From the human T2T-CHM13v2.0 reference genome, Homo sapiens: 64,000 bases of DNA. The notes beneath the pieces were generated by a model, which was given only the letters and a program-made list of their open reading frames with translations, ran no database searches and was not told the origin of the DNA. This document shows, in pieces, positions 40,051 to 59,700 of this stretch (position 1 is its first letter; each line of letters starts with the position of its first letter). The translations under genes and the position numbers were made by a program. The stretch lies in NCBI RefSeq assembly GCF_009914755.1, contig NC_060938.1; one strand, 5' to 3'.

Positions 40051-43000
40051 AAAAAACCTAGAACAAATGACATTTTTAAGAATTCAAGAGTGAGAAAATA
40101 GCTTTCTGGCCTGCAATTATGTTGCCTTTGTTTTACAATATACAAGAAAATAAACAAGCAACTTTAGATTGGAAGAAATTACTAGCATTTGGGAAGCAGA
40201 TACAAGCCAATAGCAGCCAAAACCACAAAATGACTGGGGAAAAATAGAGAGAGGGACTAAAGAATGTTCCTTACTGAAACATTTTTTGCTGCATTTTCTC
40301 CTAGAACATACTGCCTTCCACCATGGCAACATTCCAACACAGACAGTTCTACATGTAGTTTGCTATGTATTAACTGTTCATTCATTGTTTCATTTATTCT
40401 TTCTAGGTCCCTGTTACTTCTTGAGAGAATAGAAAGATCGTGGCAAACAGGATAGAATTATTTCTGCTTTTGTGGAATTTAAATTTTCTTTTAATTCTTG
40501 CAATCACCCCACAAGGTAAATTGCTTATTCCTCAGAGGAAGTTAAGACAGTTTATGTTACTTGCCATAGGTAGTCAAGAGAACTAGTATTCAACCCAGGT
40601 CCTCTGATTCCTTAAGACCAAGGTTCTTTTGACTATAGCAGAAGTTTTCAAATATTTTCAAAAAGTGACGTGCATTGTTTTAAATAAAGTTGTAATTGCC
40701 ATATTTCACCAATTCTGATGAACACTTTTTCACATTTCACCTCACCTGAAAACAAGAAGCATTTATTATGGCTGTTGGCAAGGAAATTACAGAGATTAAA
40801 TTCTGGTAGCCTGAATGTTTGCCTCCATTCTTGCAAAGATGGTATCAGTAGCTTGCAAGAAAATCCCAGAGGTAGTGGTGGAGTGCTCTTTCAGAAATAC
40901 TGCCTTACTAATACTCTCAGTGGCATAGAGGATGATATTATCTGGAAAACATAGACATTGGATAGTCAGATTTCAGATATAAAACCTTAAGAAATTCATA
41001 TTGTTTGCATGCCTAAACAAGACTAAAAGAGTGCTTTCAGTAAGTATAACATTTTTAAAAGCCCAAGTAATGAAAAATCATTGTAGCATGTTTATTTTGG
41101 CAGTTATTTTTCTCTTTCTTAATAATATAATAAAGATAGTACATCTTGCCTTCCATGGAATCATAGATTCAATGCAATGTGGCATATCTACAACACTTCG
41201 GGCTTGACTAATGAGGTGGAATTATACGCACCACCACCTTCACATCAGGCTCCAACTGGAATAGCTCTTCAGGGGGCTTGGCACCTCTCCTCTTTCTTGA
41301 TGGGTAAAGATTAGCACTATCAGAACTTCACTGAAAACTTGATAATTGAAATCATGTTTTGGCAATGACTGAAATATGTCTAAGGGATTTGATATTGCAT
41401 GAGCCACAGATTCTTGATACTCAGACCTCCTAAGTCCATTCCAAACTATGTCCAAATGAGATGGGGTGAAGTAAGATGTGCAAACTTTATAGGCACCAGT
41501 TGTAGAATCAGTTCTCTCTGGTTTCAAGTCTAAACTACCTATTTTTTTTGGCAATGTGACCTTGGATAAATTACTTAAACTTTCTATGCCTCTGTTTCCC
41601 CAACCATAAATATTAATAGCGCTAATCTCATAGGGCTTAGAATATTGAAAGAGAAAATCCCTGTCAAATACCAAAAAAAATAACAATATTTGTTAAGTAT
41701 TCAACAAATATTGTGGGGGAGGGAATGAGCCTAAAATTATAGGTTTACCTTTGAGACTTTGCCTCCAATCTTCCAACAAAATATCATCTATAATCTGTTT
41801 TCACCAATGACAGATATTTATTGAGCACTTTTTCTGTGGGAGGCATCCTCTAGAAATTTATCATCTATTAGAGGGATGAAATACAGACGACAGAAAAACA
41901 TCTACAAGACAGTATATTATAAGTGGTATGGAAAATGGCACTTTACAATTCTAGAAGAGGTGATATTGCTTCTAGCATGAGCAGAAAGACTTCACAGAGG
42001 CAGCAGGATTTGGAACTTCAGACCCAACACTAATCTGAAAAGAAAACAAATAAGGAGTCACTGGAGCTCTCTTTGTGAACACAAGTGACCTACTCAAGGT
42101 CATGTTTTAGTGAACATTCTTTGTAGATCAACAGGAATATAGATCAGGTCCTCTTTGGAGGAGAGTAAGGGAGAAAGGTGACATTTTCCTGTGGTCTTGT
42201 CAAGTGTATTTAGCAATAGGTCAGCTCAGAAGGGAAGCAAGATCTTCAACAACAAAGATTAAAAAGCTGTTAAAGGAGTGGGTGAGGCAAAAGGAAATAG
42301 TTATCCAGAAGAAGACTACTGAATTCAGACTGCAACAACAAAAGAAGTGAGATTCAGGTTACACTTACCAGTTGAGAGTTGAACAAATTAGATTAATATA
42401 GGCTGGGGAAGAATTTGCTAAATTTAAAATACTCTGACTATCTCAAGTTAGGTCAATGACTCTATGACAAACACAAGAGTAATTAATGTGTAACTTCAGG
42501 CTAAAAGGAGAAATTGAAAAGCTGAATTAAATAAAGCACATCAATAATAGTGAGATTCAAAAACCCACCATGGCCATTTGCTCCACGATTACCAAAGACC
42601 CTGAACAATGAAATCTCACGATAAAAGATGCATTCATCACAGAGTGGGAGAGAAATGATTCCAGGAATCTGCCTTAATTTTTATTACCACTATCATAAAA
42701 CTGTTACAGGATTATTAATATTGATGTTTGTTCAGGGATTATGCATCACCATTTCATGGAAGCAGCTTAAGAGTTGCCTTCTGTGAAGCCCACCAAGCTG
42801 TTTACATAACCCTAAATGCATGGCAAGAGTTCAAATGGTAATTGTGATTTCAGACATAGTTTGTATTGGTCACTCTCTTAGTGTCTAATCACTACAGTTC
42901 ATGAGAAACAACAAAAGAGAGGCAAGTGTTTGCAGTTCCCCCAGATGATCTACTTGGGCATTCAATTTCACAGATCAAATAGGTTACTGCAAACATATAC

Positions 43001-43751
43001 AAAAGGGTTTATTAAGGCTATTAAACAACTGAAATTATATAGCTAAGAGACCCAAAATATGTGTTTAAACACTTTATGAGAGATAGAAAAATTAGGTCAG
43101 ACACAGATGGGAATTACTTACGTTTACTCTTAACTCTTCTGAAAATCATCATTGACTGTCTTGGCTGCCACTCACCCCTTCTCCCTATTTCTAGCTCAGA
43201 ACAACACATCTGTTGTTATTTCCTCTCATATTAATGTTTCTACATTTGGGGGTCAGCACTTCTAACAGGAGCACAAGAGAAATAGCATTCTGGGGAAAAT
43301 AGCTAAGTAGCTAACTAGAAAGATTTGGGTCAGCTTGCATCTGAATTCTGAATGCAGCTACCTAAATGAAGGTAGGTCAGCCACAGAGGGCAGTGTGATC
43401 TATAGCCCCAACCTCTAGGGAATGAGTCAGAGTAGAGATGGTTTCACAGTTTATGGGGAAAATCCTAGGATCTCAGAAAACAAGTATCAGGATAATACTG
43501 CATATCTACCCATGGTGAAATTCTGCCAATTCAGGGAGTATATTCAGAGGCAGACAGGAACCTGAGAATGACTGGCCTCCATTAGCAAAAGAGAGCTTCA
43601 TAACTGAATGATGACAGGATACGGGCTGGAGCCTAAAGGCTACATAAAACAAGGAGGCCTTCCTAGAAGTCAAGGTCATAGGACCATCTCTCAGGATTGA
43701 TATTTATTGTCTTCAGGGGCTACACCATTCATCTAAATAGATGAAAGGGCC

Positions 43752-43935
43752 CCCAAATGGTTCTCAGCCTTTGCTGCACATTGAAGAACTTTAAATAATA
43801 CTAATAATACTAATTCCTGGGTTCCACTCCTGAAGCTTCTAATGTGGGTGGTTGGAGATGCAGCCTGGGAATCTTTATATATGATTGCCCCCAGGTGATT
43901 CTGATATAGAGCTAAGGCTGAAATCCAGGAGCCTG
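43752..43935. mobile_element. MER5A-like MITE
   Basis: AATGGTTCTCAGCCTTTGCTGCACATTG..CCCCAGGTGATTCTGAT. Confidence 0.65.
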
Positions 43936-46590
43936 GGGTGATATAACAGGGAAGGATGAACATGTGACTAACTAGGGAATATGTCCTGCTTAAAACTATT
44001 CAAATTCTTTTGTTTTTTAAACACCAAGCTGGCCATGTGAACATCTCCATTGTCTGGAGCCCAGAGTTTGTAAAGGGACCAAGAAAGACCCAATAAAAAC
44101 TAATTCATCCGTAGAAAATGATGCTAATGAAATAAAGTGAATTACGGTAAAGATGAGGGGAACTATGACTTGCTAATGCTGAGCATCAACTTTGTGCCAC
44201 ACATCATCTCCTTTAATCTTCTAATCCTTAGAATGTCACCAGAACAACAATGCCTAGCACATAGGAAGCAGTCAACAAATATTTGTGAATAAATATTGTC
44301 CCATTTTACATATGGAGAACAAAGGCTCAGAGAGGTTAAATAATTTCTCCACCGTTACACAGTTAGTAGTGAAAGATCCAGGATTTGACTCCAAGTCTGT
44401 CAAATCTTACCACTTGGCTGTGCTGCCTTCATCTTTGAGAAGTCTGAATTATCCAACATCTCAGAGAGAAACATAGTCTTAGGGACCTGGTAAGGTATTT
44501 GTCCTAGATACAAGTTGTGGTTGAGATACATAGCAGCACTGACTCTCACTTTCCAGAAACAACTTGATTACTAATTTGAAAAAGCGCAATAGACTCCACA
44601 CCTAAAAGACTGGTTGAATCATTTTAACAAACTAATAATAACAATATTTACATGACATTCAAAGCAATTCCAAGAATTAACCAACTCTAAATAACTAGAG
44701 CATCTGCTACAGAAGATAAAATAGGATAGCAGATTTGGTATACCAGCAAACTCCCAGTAACATAAGCAATCAATGAAAGAGATGCATAAATGTGTAAAAG
44801 ACTATCCATAATGGGGAGGGAGAAAAAAAACAGCCAATGTATGGTGTCAGCTACCAAGTCATATACAAAAAAAAATTGGAAAGGAGAAGGCTAACATAAA
44901 CAACTAATGGCAACAGCACAAGCTGAATATAAATAAGTAGGCCTAAAGGTCAGGCCTTTAAGGGGCTTGAACTTTATTCAACACATGCTGTTTTCACTCC
45001 CTAGAATCCTCTCTTTTTTCTATCTGGAAAGGTAACTCATCTCTAAGGCATGGCTCTACTGTGAACAATTCTCCAACTCTTTTCAACAAAGCAAATAATT
45101 TTCTGACGTCTATTCTCACAATATTTTCTATATATCTCTAACAAAACTTACACAATTTGTGTCACAATTATATATGTATTAAATCTCCCTTTTGGCATGA
45201 GCTCTTTTAAAAAATGAGAGAGGCCATAATTTGTCTTTGTGTCCCCAAACCTTGGCATGGTGCGTGGCCCATGCTAGATGATAAATATTTGAAAGAATGT
45301 TTCTGCTGAAAGAAGCCTTTAGCTGCCTCTAACAGCCACGTGGGGAAACCTATTAACCTTTAAGTGATACTGGAAGTGTTACTATATTTGCCTATATAGT
45401 CAATCCCAAAAGCAAGCTGGTAAAGTTTAGTTCCAGCATAACTTCTAGGATATTAAATCTGGTCCTAAAGTTGCTTTCAAGAATACTCTATAAAAGCAGA
45501 GGTTTCCTGCAGCCATCAAAAACTATCAGTTAATATTTACAGGATCATAATACCATGGTTCTCCATAGCCAAAAGTAAACATTTACTGTTCTATAAACAA
45601 ATTTTGCTTTAAGAAAAATTCACTTAAAGAAACATAGCCTCTAGTGTTTCAGACCAATTCAGTACTTTAGCTCTATTATGCAATAAATGTATAATGTTGA
45701 CCCAAGAACACTCTGAAGATTTAAGAAGGTACATCAACTCATTAGGCCATGAAATCACAAATTTGTAGTCTATTATGTTGAAAAGAGTTAATGCTAATCA
45801 CCCCTCCCCATCCAATCTCTTAAAAAAATAAAACCTTATAAAAGGGAAGATCTGTCTGTAAGAATTAAATTGCCTTGGAGAGCAGCATTTTTAAACTAAT
45901 AGCCAGAGTAAGGCTCACAGACAAAATACTTGACCTGTGAAATATCTCTTGCTTACTTTTAATGACTATCCTCAACTCAGGAGTTTGTCATAATCACTCC
46001 TTCTTATTGATGTGATGGTAAATTAATCTTTGCACTCTGTCAGGAAAAAAAAATGAATGCACCTGAATACACCCTTAAAGTTATGTTCTGAAAATCAATT
46101 TTTCTTGATGAAAGATGGTAAATCAGCCTTTAATAATTTAGATTCTTCAGTGTGAAATTTTACTTTTGATAGAAGATATTTTAAAAAGCTATTTTATAGA
46201 AATAAATGAAACAACGTACAATAAAGCTTGACCCGGGTGCCATTATAAACACCCTTCACTTTATAAAGAGACACCAAAAATTCCCTTTTATGGATGGATA
46301 GATAAGCATTTAGGATTGTGGTGCAGGAAAGGAGTTGGGGAGAAGGAGAGGGAGAAGAAGAGGGAGTGAAAGAGTGAAAAAATAGAAGGATATGCATATT
46401 ATTGAAATAAAAATTAACTTATTATTTCAGCTACTGAGAATAATCTTATGAAAGATTTCCTTTGATAAGCCAATCTTTAACTCCAAATAAATGTTTAGGA
46501 TTCACAATCCCTGTGCTGATAATCCTTGATAAAATGGCAAGTGTTTCCCTCAGCAATATCGAAGTATGGTGATAAGAAACATGAGTTCTC

Positions 46591-52021
<5,431 letters not shown>

Positions 52022-52121
52022 GCATTATTAAATATAGCAAAATGTATTCATATTACCACAAATATGTACTTCAAATTTGCTATTGAATAAAATTAATGAG
52101 ATTACTCAAAAAAAAAAAAAA
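52022..52121 (+). other. L1 3'-transduced segment with its own AATAAA and poly(A)
   Basis: 86 bp of non-L1 sequence, AATAAA at 52086-52091, A14 at 52108-52121, then the second TSD copy. Confidence 0.8.
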
Positions 52122-52290
52122 GGAAACAAGCTCTCAAGTCACGAAACCTGGGTTCAAATTTTGGCAATTATGACTGCCCATTGACTTCATCTTTCTGTTC
52201 TTCAGTTTCCCTCTCTGTAAACTGGTAATAACAGTACCTGCTCATGGAGTTATACAATGTTTAACTCAGTAAGTGCCTAACAGTGTTATT
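52122..52290 (+). mobile_element. MIR body; its head lies at ~46561-46590, split off by the L1
   Basis: AAGTCACGAAACCTGGGTTCAAAT..TTCAGTTTCCCTCTCTGTAAACTGGTAATAACAGTACCT. Confidence 0.75.
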
Positions 52291-53740
52291 ATTTATGTTA
52301 CATTTATTTACAGACTAAAGAGGCCACTAAAAATAGCGGTGATTTCTAGAACATGTTAGGTAGAAAGTTGATGAAAATAATAGCTAATAACTGCTATTTA
52401 TAAGGTCTTAAACTTTAGACAGCGTTCTAAAAGCTTTCTATGAAGTAATTTATTTAATCCTTTTAACAGTGCTATGATGTAGGTGCTATTATTTTTCCCA
52501 CTTTTATACAGAAGGAAGTGAGACTCAGAAAAGCAATGAGAATTGCTCACAGTCGCTTATTTAGAATGCAGCAGAACTGGGAGTCAAGACGGGGACTGGA
52601 TTGACTAGAAACGGAGATTCAAACAATCTGCTTTTACATAAGCCTTATTCTCAATGAAATACAAGAGAAAAATCTTTTGAAATTTTTTTCAACATTTGTC
52701 TTGATTATCCTGATCTTTTCGTTAAAATAAACTCATGTTTGCAACTATATTCCAAATATTAACGAGATTTTGTATACATAAAAATATTCCTTCAAAATGT
52801 ATTAATTAATAAGAGGTGGTAAACCAGTGATCAATCATAACCATGCCTGTTTTCAATGCTGAAAACATTTTTATCATCTGAGATTAATGCAATGTCAGTT
52901 CACTTCTTATTGAAAATGTCAATTCACTTTGTTATACCTATCGATTTTAAAGAAACTTAAAACCAATTTTACTTAATTTTGTTGTAGAATATAATTAAAT
53001 TTCAAGTGGGTATAAAAATTAAACAAGGGATTATTGAAACATGAGTTATAACATATACCTGGAGTCAAATGCAAGTCATCTTTTATACAGCTATTTTTCA
53101 TTATTCAAACTTTTCATATACATTCTATCAATCTTCCTCCAAAATATACCAATTCCTATTCTAAGATATTAGGCATAGTCTTAAAATATTATTTTTTAAA
53201 GTTCAAAAACTAATTTTGCGCCATGCTTCTCTTTATTACAACTATGATTTATTGAACATGTATTAGATGCCAATACTGATAAATAACATTTCACTTATTC
53301 AACATAACAGATCTATTTAACACAGGAAAAACTGAGGCTTGAGAGAGCTAAATACTACACCCAAGGTCACCCAACACTTTATCATAGGACTTACAACTGT
53401 TTCTCCACTAGCCATATCAAACCTATAGCTTCCTCAGCTATGACATTCATCTACCTCACCTGAGAGCTTGTAGACACATAAAAACAGAGCCATCTTTCTG
53501 AATATTCAGTGAAATATTATGGAATATTAGAAACATGGTTTGCATCATGTTCAAGACTAACGGTTCACAAACTAGTGCACATGAAAATCATTTCCAAACC
53601 TTGTTTAAAATGGAGATTCCTAAGTACCATTACTACAAACCCAAGATTCTAATCTGGTTTGGAGTATTTGGAACAAGCACCTCAGGTGATTCTGACAAAA
53701 CTAATTATCAGATCATACCTTAAAAAGCAGTATTCTAGCT

Positions 53741-56700
53741 GGCAGAGCAAGATGGCAGAATAGAAGCCTATACCATTTGCCCTTTACCCCAACTGGAACA
53801 CCAAATTTTAATGGTTATCTGCACACGGAAAAGTGCCATCACAAGAACTAAAAATCTGACAAGCAATCACCATACCTGGTTTTAACTTCATATTGCTGAA
53901 AGAGGCATTGAAGAGGGTAGGAGAGACAATCTTCAATTGCTAGCATCACCCCTCCAGCATTCCCTGGCAGTGGCCTTGCATTGCGAGGAGTCTGTGCACC
54001 TGGGGAGGGGAAAACACAGTGACTGTGGGACTTTACATCGAACTCAGTGTTGCCCTATCACAGTAGAGAGTAAAGCTCTTCTGGGCTCAGCCAATGTCTG
54101 AACAAGGAACATTTGGACCAGACCTAGCCAGAGAGGAATTGCCTATCTCAGTGGTCGGAATCTGAGTTTCTGAGCAAGCCTCACCACTGCAGACCAAAAT
54201 ACTCTGGGGTCCTGGGTAAACTTGAAAGAGAATCTAGGACACAAGGACTGCAACTCCTAGTACTAAGCTGAACTCAGAGCCAGTGGACTAGGGTGGCAAG
54301 TCACCTAGGGAGACACCAGTCATGGCAGCAAAGGTAATGCTTGAGCCACCCCTTCCCCATCCCTAGGCAGTGCAGCTCACAGCAACAAAAGTGACTTCTT
54401 CCTTCTGCTTCCTTAAGCAAGAAGAGGAGAGATAAGAGTAAAGAGGACTTTGTCTTGGGTCTTGGATACCAGCTGAGCCACAGCAGGATAGGGCATCAGG
54501 CAGAGTTGCAAGGACCCCATTCCAGACCCTAGCTCACAGATGACATTTCTAAACTTACCCAGGACCAAAAGGGAACCTACTGCCTTGAAGGGAAGAAAGC
54601 ACTCCTGACAGGATTCATCACCTGCTGACTAAAGAACCCTTGGGCCCTGAATAACCAGCAGCAATACCCAGGCCTTGGGTTACATGCTGAATACAGATGT
54701 AACCCAGCACATTCCCAACTGTGGCGGCTATGGTGAAAGATCCTCTCTGTTTGAGAAACACAGATGGTAAAGTAAAGGGGACTTTGTCTTGTACCTTAGG
54801 TACGAGCTTGGCCACAGTTGGGTAGAGCAACAAGTGGGTTCTTAGGGTCCCCAGGTCCAGGCCTAGGCTCTTGGAAAGCATTTCTAGACCTGACCTGGGC
54901 CAAAAGGGAGCCCATTTCCCTGAAGAGTGAGTCCTAAGCCATGCAGCATTCACTACCTCTTCAGATGACCGAAGAGCTTTTCGGCTTTAAGTGAACATTG
55001 GTGGTGGCCTGGCAAAACCTGCTGTGGGTTGGTGGTGGTAGTGGCCACAGGGAGAGGCTTCTCTACCTATGGAAAAAGGAAGGACTTTGTGTTGTGGTTC
55101 GAGTGCCAGCTTAGCCGCACTGGAATACAACATCAGGTAAATTTCTAAGGATTTTTACTCCTATCTGTAGCTCCCAGGCAGCATCTCTGGGCCCACCCCC
55201 AACCCAGGGCCTGAGGAAAGTTTCCACCCTAAAGGGAAGGGCACAAACGTGGTGGGCTTCACCACCTGCTGATCAAGAGCCCTAGGTCCTTCAGTGAACA
55301 TAGGAAGTAGCCTGGTAGTGGTTACACTGGGCCCTGGGTGAGAGCCAGAGCTGTGGTGGCTTGTGTTCTGACCCAGCGTAGTCCCAGTGCTTATGGCCAC
55401 AGGGGTCCTTGCATCACTATACCCCCAGTACCAGGTAACTCAGCACAGATAGAGACTGTTGTTTGCTTGGGAGAAAGTAAGGGAAAATAACAAGAGTCTC
55501 TGCCTGCTAATCCAGAGAATTCTACCAGATCTTATCCAAAACCAGCAAGGCAATACCTGTACAAGTCTGCAAAATCCACAGTATTATTGGGCTTGGGGCC
55601 CAAGTCCCTTCAAATACTTGGAAAGCCTTCTCAAGAAAGATGGGCACAAACAAGCCCAGACTGCAAAGATTACAATAAATACCTAATTCTTCAATGCCCA
55701 AACACTGATGGACATCTACCAGCATCAATATCATCAGGAAAACATGACCTCACCAAATGAACTGAATAAGGCACCAGAAAACAATTCTGGAGAAAGAGAA
55801 ACATGTGACCTTTCAGACAGAGAATTCAAAATAGCTGTTTTGAGGAAACAAGGAAATTCATGGTAACACAAAGAAGGCATGCAGAATTCTCGCAGATAAA
55901 TTTAACAAAGAGATTGAAATAATTAAAAAGAGTCAAGCAGAAATTCTAGAGTGGAAAAATGCAATTGACATACTGAAGAATGCATTAGAGTCTCTTAATA
56001 GCAGAATTGATCAAGCAGAAGAAAGAATCAGTGAGCTTGAAAACAGGCTATTTGAAAATACACAGTCAGAGAGGACAAAAGAAAAAAAGAACAAAATACA
56101 ATGGAGTGCATTTTTAAGATCTAGAAAATAGCCTCAAAAGGCAAATCTAAGAGTTATAGGCCTAAAAGAGGAGATAGAGAAAGAGATAAAGGTAGAAAGT
56201 TTATTCAAAGAGACAATATCAGAGAACTTCCCAAACCTAGAGAAATATATCAACATTTAAGTACAAGAAGGTTATAGAACCCCAAGCAGATTTAACCCAA
56301 ACACTACCTCAAGGTATTTAATAATCAAACTCCCAAAGGTCAAGAATAAAGAAAGGATCCTAAAAGAAGCAAGGGAAAATAAACAAATAACATACAATGG
56401 AGATTCAATACATCTGGCAGCAGACTTTTCAGTGGAAACCTTACAGACCAGGAGAGAGTAACATGACATATTTAAAGTGCTGAAGGAAAAAGTTTTTACC
56501 CTAGAATAGTATATCTGGGAAAAATATCCTTCCAACATGAAGGAGAAATAAAGACCCTCCCAGATAAATAAAAGCTGAGGGATTTCATCAGCTCCAAACC
56601 TGTCCTACAAGAAATGCTAAAGGGAGTTCTTCAATCTGAAAGAGAAGGATATCAATGAGCAAGAAAAAAATCATCTTAAAGTACAAAACACGCTGGTAAT

Positions 56701-59700
56701 AGTAAGTACACAGAAAAACACAGAATAATATAAACCAGAATGGGGGTTCTTTCTTGTTTTAAGTAGAAAGAATAAATAATGAACCCACCAAAAACAATAA
56801 CTACTACAGCTTTTCAAGACACAGATAGTATAATAAGACATAAAGAGAAACACTAAGAAGTTAAAAAGTGAGGGATGAAGAGTTGTTAATAGTTTTTATG
56901 TGTTTGTTTATACAATCAGTGTTATGTTATCATCAGCTTAAAATAATGGGTAATAAGATACTATTTGCAAGCCTCATGGTAACTTTAAATAGAAAATCAT
57001 ACCACAGATACACAGAAAATAAAAAAGCAAGAAATGAAAGCATACCACCAAGAGAAAATCACCTTCACTTAAAGGAAGACATGAAGAAAGAAAAGAAAGA
57101 TAAGAATACCACAAAACAACCAGAAAACAAATAACAAAATGACAGGAGTTAAGTCCCTACTTACCAATAATAACATTGAATGTAAATGGACTAAACTTTC
57201 CAATCAGAAGACATAGAGTGGATGAATGAATGGGAAAAAAAATTAAACCCAGTGATCCACTGCCTACAAGAAACACACCTCACCTATAAAGATACCCATA
57301 GATTCAAAACAAAGGAAACTAAAAAAGAGCAGGGGTAGCAATACTTATATAAGACAAATGGATTTCAAGACAAAAACTGTAAGAAGAGACAAAAAAGGTC
57401 ATTATATAATGATAAAGGGGTCAATTCAGCAAGAGGATATAACAATTGTAAATATATGCACCCAACACTGGAGCACCCAGATATATAAAGCAAATATTAT
57501 TACAGCTAAGGAGAGTTAGATCTCAATACAATAATAACTGGAGACTTACATTCACTTTCAGCACTGGACAGATCTCCCAGACAGAAAATCAACAAAGAAA
57601 CATTGAACTTAATCTGCTCTATAGAACAAATGGACCTAACAGATATTTACAGAACATTTCATCCAATAACTACAGAATACACATTCTTCACCTCAGCACA
57701 GGAATAATTGTAAAGGATAGACCATATGTTAGGTCACAAAACAAGTTTTAAAACATTCAAAAAAATTGAAATAATATCAAGCATCTTCTCTGACCACAAT
57801 GGAATAAAACTAGAAATTAACAACAATAGGGATTTTGGAAACTATACAAACACATGGAAGTTAAACAATATGCTCTCAAATGACCAGTGGGTCAATGAGG
57901 AAATTGAAAAGAAAATTTAAAAATTTCTTGAAACAAATGATAATGGAAACACAACATTCCAAAACCTATGATATACAGCAAAAGCAGTACTAACAGGGAA
58001 GTTTATAGCTATGAGTGCCGACATCAAAAAAGAAAAAAAAAACTTAAAATAAATAACTTAATGATGCATCTTAAAGAACTAGAAAAGCAAGCACAAACTG
58101 AAACCAAAATTAGAAGAAAAGAAATAATAAAGATAGGAGCATAAGTAAAGAATTTGAAATGTAGAAAACAATACAAAACATCAATGAAACAAATAGTTGG
58201 TTGTCTTAAAATATAAACAAAATTGACAAACCTTTAGCCAGATTAATGAATAAAAAAAGAGAAGACCCAAATAAATAAAATCAGAGATGAAAAGGGAGAC
58301 ATTGCAACTGATACCACAGAAATCCAAAGGGTCATTAGTGACAATTATGAGCAACTATATGCTAATAAATTGGAAAATCTAAAGGAAATGAATGAATTCC
58401 TAGACACATACAACCTACAAAGATTGAACCATGAAGAAATCCAAAACCTAAACAGACCAATGACAAGTAATAAGATTGAAGCCATAATAAACAGTCCCTC
58501 TGCAAAGTAAAGCCCAGACTCAATGGCTTCCCTGCTAAATTCTATCAAACATTTAAAGAAGAACTAATACCAATCCTACTCAAACTATTCCAAAAAAATA
58601 GAGGAGGGAATACTTCCAAACTCATTTTACAAGGCCAGTATTACCATGATGCATAACCAAAGACACATCACCAAAAAAGCAAAAGAAAAGAAGGAAAACT
58701 ACAGGACAAAAATCTTCAACATAATACTAGCAAACCAAATTCAACAATGCATTAAAAAGATCATTCATCCTGTAGGTTGACTGTTCACTCTGATGATAGT
58801 TTCTTTTGCTGTGCGGAAGCTCTTTAGTTTAATTAGGTCCTATTTGTCAATTTTGGCTTTTGTTGCCATTGCTTTCGGTGTTTTAGTCATGAAGTCTTTG
58901 TCCATGCCTATGTCCTGAATGGTATTACCTAGGTTTTCTTCTAGGGTTTTTATGGTTTTAGGTCTTACATTTAAGTCTTTAATCCATCTTGAGTTAATTT
59001 CTGTAAAAGGTGTAAGGAAGGGGTCCACTTTCAGTTTTCTGCATATGGCTAGGCAGTTTTCCCAACACTATTGATTAAATAGGGAATCCTTTCCCCAGTA
59101 GTTGTTTTTATCAGGTTTGTCGAAGACCAGATGGTTGTAGATGTGTGAAGTTATTTCTGAGGCCTCTGTTCTGTTCCATTGGTCTATATATCTGTCTTGG
59201 CACAAGTACCATGCTGTTTAGGTTACTGTAGCCTTGTAGTATAGTTTGAAGTCAGATAACATGATGCTTCCAGCTTTGTTCTTTTTACTTAGGATTGTCT
59301 GGGTTATACTTGCTGCTTTTTTGGTTCCATATGAAATTTAAAGTAGTTTCTTCTAATTCTGTGAAGATATTCAATGGTAGCTTGATGGGGATAGCATTGA
59401 ATCTGTAAATTACTTTGGGCAGTATAGCCATTTTCACAATATTGATTCTTCCTATCCATGAGCGTGGAATGTTTTTTCATTTGTTTCTGTCCTCTCTTAT
59501 TTCATTGAGCAGTGGTTTGTAGTTCTACTTGAAGAGGTCCTTCATATCCCTTGAATTGTATACCTATGTAACAAACCTGCACATTCTGCACATATATCCC
59601 AGAACTTAAAGTATAATAAAAAAAGAAAGAAAGATTTTAAAATATATCTGACATTTCTAGAATTCATGCAAATATAAGCCTGTTTGGAATTAAAAAATCC

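Noticed and set aside
30861-43396. Further CTCF-like motifs near 30862 and 43380
   Set aside because: Three or more mismatches in the 5' half of the core.
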